From the NCBI GenBank assembly GCA_038248345.1, contig JBBRXO010000061.1, positions 1 through 16,825 on the forward strand: a DNA stretch of 16,825 nt, given 5' to 3'. Below the pieces are notes generated by a model that saw only the letters and a program-made list of their open reading frames with translations, was not told the origin of the DNA and searched no databases. This DNA is from Armatimonadota bacterium. Its GTDB lineage: Bacteria; Armatimonadota; Hebobacteria; CAIYQO01. Positions 1 through 6,925 of this stretch are shown piece after piece. Positions within the stretch are counted from its first letter, which is position 1; each line of letters begins with the position of its first letter. The position numbers were made by a program, and so were the translations under genes.

Positions 1-12
1 CCCCGCTTATTG

Positions 13-203
13 TCACAATGTAACCGCCTCTGCCGTGTGCCTTTAAGTCTTGAACCCCTCAAGAAAGGGGGGTGCCTTCGCGAATCCGACATTCATAACG
101 CCCATAAATGGGCATTGCTACCATCGGTGTATCAGGCCCCTGATTGATAGTGTTGGATCAGGACCGGTAAGGCCGAATCACGCACAGCGCAGTCACATTG
201 TGA
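13..203 (-). ncRNA. ssrS: 6S RNA
   Basis: The minus strand reads TCACAATGTGACTGCGCTGTGCGTG...GTCCTGATCCAACAC...GGGG...CGAAGGCACCCCCCT...GGTTCAAGACTTAAAGGCACACGGCAG...GCGGTTACATTGTGA. The ends pair in a long closing stem (13-27 with 189-203). The motifs GTCCTGANCC, GGCACCC.CCT and GGTTCAA, the ~190 nt length and the lack of an ORF fit 6S RNA. Exact ends are uncertain. Confidence 0.88.
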
Positions 204-221
204 ACCCTCAAATATAATCTG

Positions 222-250
222 AGTATAACACGAGATTTGCGATATGCACA
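222..250 (-). promoter_or_regulatory. Putative sigma70-type promoter of the 6S RNA
   Basis: Extended -10 TGTTATACT on the minus strand (222-230), just upstream of the 6S 5' end. The -35 is weak (GTGCAT/TGTGCA near 244-250). Confidence 0.55.
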
Positions 251-322
251 GGGGGTTTTGGGGAATTTTATTTTTTGTTGTGGATATCGTTCACTATCTT
301 TGACCTCAAATAATTATCTATT

Positions 323-351
323 TTGACGGAGCCAAATTTTTTTGTTATATT
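323..351 (+). promoter_or_regulatory. sigma70-type promoter for the riboswitch/CDF transcript
   Basis: TTGACG (323-328), 17-bp spacer, TATATT (346-351) with extended TG at 343-344. Predicted +1 is near 357-358. Confidence 0.7.
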
Positions 352-355
352 ATTA

Positions 356-436
356 GCAGAACAGGCGGCTCCTGTAGTGGGGTGCAGCCGGGCATGCCGT
401 GAACGGGCGTGCAACGGGTTTTTCCCCGTAGGACAT
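356..436 (+). ncRNA. czcD (NiCo) class metal-sensing riboswitch aptamer, P1 apparently degenerate
   Basis: Conserved core elements occur in order: GAACAGGC, P2 (GGC..GCTCC/GGGGT..GCAGCC), GG, P3 (GCATGCC/GGCGTGC), AA, P4 (CGGG/CCCG), TAGGACA. It lies directly upstream of a CDF transporter, the classic context, and overlaps a terminator. Confidence 0.85.
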
Positions 437-458
437 CACAGTCCTGCGGGGATTTTTT
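423..458 (+). terminator. Intrinsic terminator (riboswitch expression platform)
   Basis: TCCCCGTAGGAC-atcaca-GTCCTGCGGGGA (12-bp stem with one G-U) followed by TTTTTT. The 5' arm is shared with P4/J4-1 of the aptamer. Confidence 0.85.
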
Positions 459-476
459 CGTTTAACGGGAGGTTGC

Positions 477-1433
477 GTGGAAATACAGCGTGAGAAGGCA
501 TCGGTAGCCTGGCTTTCAGTGATATCAAATACCGGCTTGGTAACCGGCAAGCTGGTAATCGGTTCCTTCATCGGTTCGGTCTCGGTTATCTCCGAGGCGA
601 TTCATTCTGGTGTCGATTTACTCGCCGCTATTATCGCACTTATCGCAGTGAAGACATCGGGGAAACCGGCGGACGCCGATCATCCCTACGGGCATGGTAA
701 ATACGAGAACCTCTCTGGCACCATTGAGGCGCTACTCATCTTCTTTGCCGCCGGGATGATTATCTGGAAAGCCATTGAAAAGATAATCTCTAAAGAGGGT
801 CTGGAAGGTGAGGTTGGCTGGGGTGTGGGTGTCATGCTCGTCTCTGCATTGGTGAATATAATCGTCTCGAACAGGCTTTTCAAGGTTGGCATTGCTACCG
901 ATTCAGTGGCGTTGCAGGCAGACGCCTGGCACCTGCGTACCGATGTCTACACCTCAGCGGGGGTGATGGCGGGGCTGGCGATCATCTGGGTGGGAGATAA
1001 GTTCTGGCACGTTGACCTACACTGGGTTGACCCCATTGCAGCACTACTGGTGGCCCTGCTTATCATCAAAGCGGCGATTGAGCTGACTATCCAGGCGGCG
1101 CGCGACCTGATGGACGTGAGTCTGCCGCCCGAGGAAGAGGCATCGCTCCGCGAATTCATCAAAGGTTTCTACCCCACCGTGCGCAACTTTCACCACCTGC
1201 GCACGCGCAAATCCGGCCCAAACCGTTTCGTAGATGCGCATATCCTGGTAGACAAAGTCATGACGGTGGAGCGTTCGCACGAGATTGCGGATAAAATTTC
1301 CACCGAGATCAAAACGCGCTTCCCTGGCACCACGGTAACCCTGCACATTGAGCCTTGCGATGCCTCCTGTAAACCCGTGTGTGTCAGCGAATGCCTGCTG
1401 CGCGATGACGAGCGTAAAGCGCTGCGGGGCTAG
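477..1433 (+). CDS. Cation diffusion facilitator (CDF) family metal efflux transporter (FieF/CzcD-like)
   Basis: 318 aa with a GTG start and GGGAGG SD. It has about 6 TM segments, HxxxD sites (HSGVD, HLRTD), the loop DADHPYGHGKYE, a C-terminal domain (LRTRKSG...HEIAD...HIEP) and a Cys-rich tail. Confidence 0.95.
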   Translation: MEIQREKASVAWLSVISNTGLVTGKLVIGSFIGSVSVISEAIHSGVDLLAAIIALIAVKTSGKPADADHPYGHGKYENLSGTIEALLIFFAAGMIIWKAIEKIISKEGLEGEVGWGVGVMLVSALVNIIVSNRLFKVGIATDSVALQADAWHLRTDVYTSAGVMAGLAIIWVGDKFWHVDLHWVDPIAALLVALLIIKAAIELTIQAARDLMDVSLPPEEEASLREFIKGFYPTVRNFHHLRTRKSGPNRFVDAHILVDKVMTVERSHEIADKISTEIKTRFPGTTVTLHIEPCDASCKPVCVSECLLRDDERKALRG

Positions 1434-1528
1434 TAGGGGCACATGGCATGTGCCCTCAATACAGGGTATCGGAGACATGACTAATTGAAGGTATGGTTAC
1501 GACGTGGGCACAAGCCTTGTGCCCCTAC
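1433..1528. repeat. REPIN-like doublet, family A (GTAGGGGC...GCCCCTAC)
   Basis: GTAGGGGCACATGGCATGTGCCC, spacer, then GGGCACAAGCCTTGTGCCCCTAC. An inverted homologous copy lies at 3487-3575. Confidence 0.85.
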
Positions 1529-1669
1529 AATTGGGTTGTGGGTGAAGCCCACGTTAGATTTATTGCACCGCGATGGGGATTTTTCTTGCGAATGACGTTT
1601 AACAGAAGGGTGCTACGGGTAGCTTAAAACTGCACGACTGAATCAAGGTGCAACGGTAGTTGAGCATAA

Positions 1670-2395
1670 ATGAAGTCTACGACGCTAATACAATGCAATA
1701 ATTGTGGCTTGATCCTCACCCAGGAAGAGAACGAATGTCCCGGGTGCGGTGAGGAGTTACAGGTAGCTCCAGCCGCATCCAGTGAAGTGCAAGTTGCGGT
1801 GACGCGGGCACGTAAATTGCTGGCGGACGGCAAATTATCTGATGCCGAGAACATCGCCATCAATACCTCCCGACGCTATCCCGCCACTAGCGACAGCCTC
1901 ACACTCCTGGCCGATATCTGCACGCTGAAGGGTGAGACGGGGCCGGCAACAGCATACCGCGAACAGGCGGAGAGTCTGCGCCGCGCCGAGGAACTGCCGA
2001 CGATCGACCATAGTGTGCGCGGCGCAACCCTGCATATGACTGCTGCATCGTGGGGAATTCTCGCCGTCATCGCCTTCGTTATTTTCAGCGCCGCCGCCAC
2101 CTTCTTCCTCTATCAGGCAGGACCGAATGCTGGTGGACGCGCTGGCATTATTCACATAGTACCACCAGAACCTGCACCCCCGATGGTGGTGCCTAAAGTA
2201 ACAATCAAGGAGCCAGTGGTTCCCACGGCCACCGCCGCCGTCGCCCCGCCGGTGCAACTGGCGCCCGTGGTAGAGCAACAGCCCGTGGTAGAACCGGTAG
2301 CGCCGGTACCGGAAAACACCGGCAGCGTTACTACGAGTATTCCGCTGCCCGATACCGCCTCGGCTACTGTTACTGGTGTTACTACCACCCCGTGA
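1670..2395 (+). CDS. Hypothetical membrane protein: N-terminal zinc ribbon, TPR-like helices, single TM, Pro/Val/Thr-rich tail
   Basis: 241 aa with CNNCG...CPGCG, TPR-like segments (ARKLLADGKLSDA...LTLLADICTLKG), a TM segment (WGILAVIAFVIFSAAATFFLY) and a low-complexity C-terminus. Confidence 0.75.
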   Translation: MKSTTLIQCNNCGLILTQEENECPGCGEELQVAPAASSEVQVAVTRARKLLADGKLSDAENIAINTSRRYPATSDSLTLLADICTLKGETGPATAYREQAESLRRAEELPTIDHSVRGATLHMTAASWGILAVIAFVIFSAAATFFLYQAGPNAGGRAGIIHIVPPEPAPPMVVPKVTIKEPVVPTATAAVAPPVQLAPVVEQQPVVEPVAPVPENTGSVTTSIPLPDTASATVTGVTTTP

Positions 2396-2455
2396 ATGAA
2401 GTGGTATATGACGGCTGCCCCACCGTGGTACATTTTCTCTCAAATTTTCCATTAT

Positions 2456-2484
2456 TTGACACCCGCCCTACAATTATGTAAATT
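2456..2484 (+). promoter_or_regulatory. Putative sigma70 promoter of the RDD gene
   Basis: TTGACA (2456-2461), 17 bp, TAAATT (2479-2484). It overlaps an inverted repeat at 2461-2496. Confidence 0.55.
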
Positions 2485-2523
2485 GCAGGGGCGGGTTTAG
2501 TTTCCTGCATGATAAGGATGATT

Positions 2524-3387
2524 ATGGGACGCACATTAGAGATAATCACACCGGAACAGGTGGCGATACGTTATGAATTGGCGGGCTTTGGCTCGCGGGC
2601 GGTGGCGGCGGCGCTGGATTTCTGCTGGCAACTGCTCATCTATTTCGGCATCATCAGCCTGATCTTTCTCATTCGCTGGCTCTTTCCGGTCTCCTGGCTC
2701 GTCTATCCGTCTACCGGGATGGTGATAGGCTTTTTCGGCATTCTGCTTTTCTTCGTCACTCTCGGCTACTACAGCTACTTTGAGACCGTCTGGTCGGGCG
2801 AGACGCCGGGAAAACGCAAAATTGGGCTGCGTGTCATCAAGGAAGGCGGCTACCCGGTGGATTTGCGCGCGGTGCTGCTGCGTAATCTGGTGCGCGTCGT
2901 CGATGCACTGCCCGTCGGCTACGGGGTGGCATTTGTTGCAGTGATGGTAGGCGCACGGTATCAGCGGCTGGGCGATCTGGCAGCGGGCACACTGGTGGTA
3001 CGCAAAGGTGAAGAAGATGAAGAGAATTCACTTGTCTCCTTCGGCGCGGCGCAGGTATTTCGCTTGCTGGAGGGCGGGGTGTTGTCACAAGTGAACCGTG
3101 TAGAGCGCAACGAACTGGAGATGGTACAACAGTTTCTATCCCGGCGTTCCGCCTTACCATTCGCCTTGCGTGCCCAGTTCGCCCAGCGGCTTTCGGAGCC
3201 GTTGATGGAAAAGATCGGCTTCAAAATCTCCGAATCAGGCGTGGATTACGAGCGCTGGCTGGAAGAAGTAGAGCTGGCCTGCCGCCGCCGCGTCATCGGC
3301 GTCGCCCCCAATGCCGCAGCCACCACACCCGCGGCAGTTGCCCCGGCATCGATAACGCCAACAACCAGCGATGAGCGGAGATGGTGA
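2524..3387 (+). CDS. RDD family membrane protein
   Basis: Signatures TPEQV.I.YELAGFGSRAVAAALD, GETPGKRKIGLRVI, RNLVRVVD and QRLGDLAAGTLVV. The start is probably ATG 2524 (TAAGGA SD at 2513-2518) rather than 2509. Confidence 0.9.
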   Translation: MGRTLEIITPEQVAIRYELAGFGSRAVAAALDFCWQLLIYFGIISLIFLIRWLFPVSWLVYPSTGMVIGFFGILLFFVTLGYYSYFETVWSGETPGKRKIGLRVIKEGGYPVDLRAVLLRNLVRVVDALPVGYGVAFVAVMVGARYQRLGDLAAGTLVVRKGEEDEENSLVSFGAAQVFRLLEGGVLSQVNRVERNELEMVQQFLSRRSALPFALRAQFAQRLSEPLMEKIGFKISESGVDYERWLEEVELACRRRVIGVAPNAAATTPAAVAPASITPTTSDERRW

Positions 3388-3425
3388 TGTCCCACACCCC
3401 AAGATAATTATCTGCCCTGTGGGTA

Positions 3426-3636
3426 ATCGTGGCATGGGCGTCCCGCCCATAAGAACGGGCGGATTGAACTAAATGCCGTATCTCCGGTAGGGGCGCAAGG
3501 CTTGCGCCCACGTTGTAACCATTCGATAATACATCACGAAACACCGTTATCTGGGCACATGCCATGTGCCCCTACAGATTTTTTGACATCTGTTACCTTA
3601 TGCCCGTTCTCATGGGCGAGGCGCTCATGCCACGAT
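3426..3636. repeat. Nested REPIN-like structure: outer family B inverted pair enclosing an inner family A doublet
   Basis: 3426-3460 (ATCGTGGCATGGGCGTCCCGCCCATAAGAACGGGC) matches the reverse complement of 3602-3636 at 31/35. The inner GTAGGGGC...GCCCCTAC doublet is at 3487-3575. Confidence 0.85.
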
Positions 3637-3670
3637 AAACCCATAACGTGCAGAATTCACCTAAAACAAC

Positions 3671-4633
3671 CTACAACCCTAGCTCCAGCCGTACCACGCG
3701 GTGATTATTGGTATCCACCAGATAGATGTCGCCTGTGCGGGTTACCACCACGCCGCCGGGGTTTGCGAGTGGGCCGACCGCGGTGTGGGTGCCATCCCAC
3801 GTGCAGATGGGGATTCCAGAGACGGAGAACTTCTGCAGGCGGTTGTTGGCCGCTTCACTCACAATCAAGCCGCCGTCAATATCTATCGCCACACCCATCG
3901 GTTGGTTAAGCTGCCCCAGGTCATTACCATATTCACCGATAGTCCCCAGGGGGGTACCCTTGCTATCGAAACGTACGAGGCGGTGGTTCCAGGTGTCCGC
4001 CACAATCAGCTCATCATCGGCAGTCACCAGCAGCCCGCTGGGACGGTTGAAGGGGGAGTTAGCGGCGGCCTGGTGAATGTAACCGCGGTACTGTCCCTTG
4101 AAGTTATAGGTAACCACGCGATTATTCGCGGTGTCGGCGATATAGAAGTTCTGGTGACTATCCAGCGCCACCGCGCGCGGGCTGTTGAATTGCATTTTCC
4201 CATTTCCAGCGGTACCCAGGGTGAAGATAGCGCGCCCCGTAGGGCCGAACTTCTGCACCCGGTTGTTCCCCTGCTCAACAACATAATAACAGCCAGTGTT
4301 CTCCAGCGCCGCTGACATCGGTAGCATCAATTGCCCCGGAGCAGTGCCGCGCGCACCGATGATATCCACTTCATTCTGGGCGATAATCTGCAGACGATGG
4401 TTGTAACTATCAGCAATATACAGCGTGCCTGCCGCATTCGCGGTCAACCCGCCCGGCATATTGAACTGCCCGGCCTTATGCCCGTATTGCCCGATAATCT
4501 CCACCGCGCGGAAATTGACCCGCCGTCCCGCTGCCCGCACTGGCAACGTCACCGGTGCAACAGGTTGCGCCGCCATCTCCGGCGGTGCCGCCCAACCATT
4601 TATCTCCAGGTAATCGTAACGATTGTTTTCCAT
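3671..4633 (-). CDS. NHL repeat (six-bladed beta-propeller) protein
   Basis: 320 aa with six repeats (QFNMPGGL, QLMLPMSA, QFNSPRAV, PFNRPSGL, QLNQPMGV, PLANPGGV), each followed by a YIADxxNHR-like motif. No obvious signal peptide. Confidence 0.92.
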   Translation of the reverse strand: MENNRYDYLEINGWAAPPEMAAQPVAPVTLPVRAAGRRVNFRAVEIIGQYGHKAGQFNMPGGLTANAAGTLYIADSYNHRLQIIAQNEVDIIGARGTAPGQLMLPMSAALENTGCYYVVEQGNNRVQKFGPTGRAIFTLGTAGNGKMQFNSPRAVALDSHQNFYIADTANNRVVTYNFKGQYRGYIHQAAANSPFNRPSGLLVTADDELIVADTWNHRLVRFDSKGTPLGTIGEYGNDLGQLNQPMGVAIDIDGGLIVSEAANNRLQKFSVSGIPICTWDGTHTAVGPLANPGGVVVTRTGDIYLVDTNNHRVVRLELGL

Positions 4634-4640
4634 TGCGGAT

Positions 4641-4669
4641 ATTATACGTCATGAAGGGGGCAGCACCAA
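4641..4669 (-). promoter_or_regulatory. Putative leaderless promoter of the NHL gene
   Basis: Minus-strand TATAAT (4641-4646) lies 7 nt before ATG 4633, with TTGGTG 17 bp upstream and no SD. Confidence 0.6.
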
Positions 4670-4722
4670 GGGCTTACTCTACAGCTCGCATCAATCCAGT
4701 TTATCCCAGTTATCCAATGCCG

Positions 4723-4887
4723 CACCACCCCTGAAGGAGGTGGCAAACAACGGCAAGCACGCAAAAGCGCGCTATTATTCGATTCAGACAAGTCCGCGAA
4801 GGCGGACGACCGGCGCGCAGCGCCCTGCAGCCGGGATTTCAATCCCAGCAACGGTATTTACACCACCTCCTTCAGGAGGTGGTGTAA
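4723..4887. repeat. Family C multi-hairpin REP-like element
   Basis: CACCACCCCTGAAGGAGGTGG at 4723 and the inverted perfect hairpin TTACACCACCTCC-TTCA-GGAGGTGGTGTAA at 4858-4887. Internal hairpins include GTCCGCGAAGGCGGAC (4792-4807). 4725-4773 is nearly identical to 8230-8279. Confidence 0.8.
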
Positions 4888-4951
4888 GGAATCGCAACCC
4901 CGTTCTCATGGGCGTCATTCGAGAACCTCATGATCTTTAGAGACCCGTGCT

Positions 4952-4982
4952 ACGGGCAGGCGGGACGCCTGCGTTCCCAGGG
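4952..4982. repeat. Family E REP-like hairpin
   Basis: ACGG-GCAGGCG-GGA-CGCCTGC-GTTCCCAGGG. It shares its frame with 15923-15954 and 9244-9270. Confidence 0.6.
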
Positions 4983-5052
4983 ATACCTACTATTCCCAAC
5001 TTCTCTGTGCCCTCTGTGTCTCTGTGTTGAAAAGGCCCCTTCAAAAAGTCAC

Positions 5053-5751
5053 TCATTTCCCCATCAACCCCTGTTGCTCCATGGATACGAATCTGCCATC
5101 GCCGATGATGATGTGGTCGAGTACCGGGATACCGAGTAAGTCGCCCGCCTCTACCATTCGCCGAGTCAGCTTCAGGTCATCGCTGCTGGGCGACGGGTCA
5201 CCGCTGGGGTGGTTGTGCGCGAGGATGAGGGCGGCGCTGGCGTTGCTGATGGCCGCGGCGAAGGTCTCACGTGGGTGTACCAGGCTGCTGTTGAGCGTGC
5301 CGATGCTGATATCCTTGTTATGGGTCACCTCATTGCGGACGTTGAGAAATAGCACACGGAAATGCTCCTCTTTCAGATAGCGCATATCCTCCATCAACAT
5401 GTTGGCGGCATCCTGCGGGGAATTGATCATCGGGCGCAGGGTGTCGCCGGTGGTGGCCAGCCGCTTGCCTAGCTCGAAGGCGGCCTTCAGCTGGCAGGCT
5501 TTCGCCAGGCCTATCCCCTTGATCTTGCTCAGTTGCGTGATACTGGCGTCGGCCAGCGCACGCAGGCTGCCGAAGTCGCGCACCAGCAGGTGCCCCATTT
5601 GCACTGCTGACATCTGCGCATTACCAACACGCAAAATGATGGCAATCAGCTCCGGCACCGACAACGCTCCCGGCCCATAGCGCTCCAGCCGCTCACGCGG
5701 GCGCTCGTCCGGGTGCATATCTTTGATCATGATTGAGTTATTGTCCGACAT
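5053..5751 (-). CDS. radC: RadC family protein (JAB/MPN domain, full length with HhH region)
   Basis: ERPRERL..YG..ALS..ELIAIILR.G, IKGIG.AKA, VHPRE, AHNHPSGDPSPS..D and LDHIIIG. Confidence 0.96.
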   Translation of the reverse strand: MSDNNSIMIKDMHPDERPRERLERYGPGALSVPELIAIILRVGNAQMSAVQMGHLLVRDFGSLRALADASITQLSKIKGIGLAKACQLKAAFELGKRLATTGDTLRPMINSPQDAANMLMEDMRYLKEEHFRVLFLNVRNEVTHNKDISIGTLNSSLVHPRETFAAAISNASAALILAHNHPSGDPSPSSDDLKLTRRMVEAGDLLGIPVLDHIIIGDGRFVSMEQQGLMGK

Positions 5752-6727
5752 CAGCTTTGCTCAACTCCTGCCGCAGTAGCCCGGTGAGTTTTTTCCCTTT
5801 CATCCGGCTCATCCGTAGCCCCGGCCAGGGGAAAAATAGACAGCCGAAACCGACGATCAGCAACCCGCCGCCCCATATCCATTGTGGCATCTTCGCCGTG
5901 GTATCCAATGCAGCTACCAGTGTAACGATGAGGCCGATGAGTAGCAAAAGAATGCCCATGATTATGAGAAACCAACCGAAACCGCTGTAGTCGTGGAAAT
6001 AAAGCGTCAGACCGCATCCCAGCATGTCATTGCGCCTTTTCGCTACTAACAATTGATGCAGATAGCGCTTCGTCACCTCGTCATCTGGCCCGTGCTTCAG
6101 GCTTTCGCGTAGCCCCCATTCGGCGTTGATCATGTCATTCATCTTAAACGCGGCGATGCCGAAGTCGCGCAGGTAATCCGGGCGGAAGGGGTAGATGCGC
6201 ACCGCGGAGCGCAACAGCGGCACCGCCTGATGGAATTTCCGCTTCTTCAGGTAATGCATCCCCAGCAACGCGCTGGTGTAGCCGTCCTCGGGGTTGGCCT
6301 GCAGCGCCTGCTGTGCCGTGAGTACCGCCGCATTAAGCTGCTGACGGCGGAAGCGCAGATCGGCCAGCTCCGCCAGCAGCATCGCGTCCTGCGGGAATTG
6401 CTGCAGCGCGGTAGCCAGCGTCTGCTCCGCCTGTGGCATCAGTCCGAAGGTGAGATATACCTGCCCCAATATCGCATATGACGCCGCATTGCCAGGATCC
6501 AGCTCCACCGCCCGGTAAGCAGCCTGCGCGGCCGGCGGATACTCTCCGCGTGACATATGCAGGTAGGCCAGCACGCGGTAGACGTCCGGCTCCTGTGGGT
6601 ACTCGCGCCACGCCTGCTGCGCCGCCGCCAGCCCCTCATTCAGATTCCCCGCCAGATAATACCCCTCCGCCTCGCTCAAGCGTGCGGTAGCTACCCCGGT
6701 GGGATTTAGATTAAAAAATTGCGCCAT
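5738..6727 (-). CDS. Tetratricopeptide repeat protein with C-terminal transmembrane helices
   Basis: 329 aa with several TPR motifs (AYRAVELDPGNAASYAILGQVY, ALQANPEDG), two C-terminal hydrophobic segments and an AGGA SD. It overlaps the radC start by 14 nt. Confidence 0.88.
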   Translation of the reverse strand: MAQFFNLNPTGVATARLSEAEGYYLAGNLNEGLAAAQQAWREYPQEPDVYRVLAYLHMSRGEYPPAAQAAYRAVELDPGNAASYAILGQVYLTFGLMPQAEQTLATALQQFPQDAMLLAELADLRFRRQQLNAAVLTAQQALQANPEDGYTSALLGMHYLKKRKFHQAVPLLRSAVRIYPFRPDYLRDFGIAAFKMNDMINAEWGLRESLKHGPDDEVTKRYLHQLLVAKRRNDMLGCGLTLYFHDYSGFGWFLIIMGILLLLIGLIVTLVAALDTTAKMPQWIWGGGLLIVGFGCLFFPWPGLRMSRMKGKKLTGLLRQELSKADVGQ

Positions 6728-6750
6728 ATGGTTTCCTAACTCAGATTATT

Positions 6751-6878
6751 GTCTGAACCCAGATTTTCTTGATTTTAAGGATTTAAGGATAATTCCTTGG
6801 TCAATAGAGATAATTCAACAACTGAAGCGGCCAAATTATCAAGAAAATCCTTATAATCATGCAAATCTGGGTTCAGAC
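6751..6878. repeat. 128-bp element with a 16-bp perfect terminal inverted repeat and internal ~9-bp periodic arrays
   Basis: GTCTGAACCCAGATTT (6751-6766) pairs with AAATCTGGGTTCAGAC (6863-6878). GAT recurs at 6762, 6771, 6780 and 6788, mirrored by AAGAAAATC-CTTATAATC-ATGCAAATC. Confidence 0.8.
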
Positions 6879-6925
6879 GAATGCCGTTTGGTTCCTCTCC
6901 CTCTGTTTTCCCTCTCACCATTTAA

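Noticed and set aside
279..287. DnaA-box-like TGTGGATAT
   Set aside because: A single 8/9 match with no cluster and no origin-type gene context.
1592..1627. 11-codon uORF (MTFNRRVLRVA) upstream of the zinc-ribbon gene
   Set aside because: No SD, no attenuator structure and no biased codon run; compatible with chance.
4623..4940. ORFs across repeat regions (4623-4940, 4642-4851, 3502-3909, 6699-7058, 9079-9315)
   Set aside because: These are translations of palindromic or periodic repeats that often overlap real genes, with no SD and no protein-like features.
5053..5751. radC as a marker of a mobile element or anti-defence island
   Set aside because: It is the full-length chromosomal type with the N-terminal and HhH region, and there are no integrase, phage or plasmid genes nearby.
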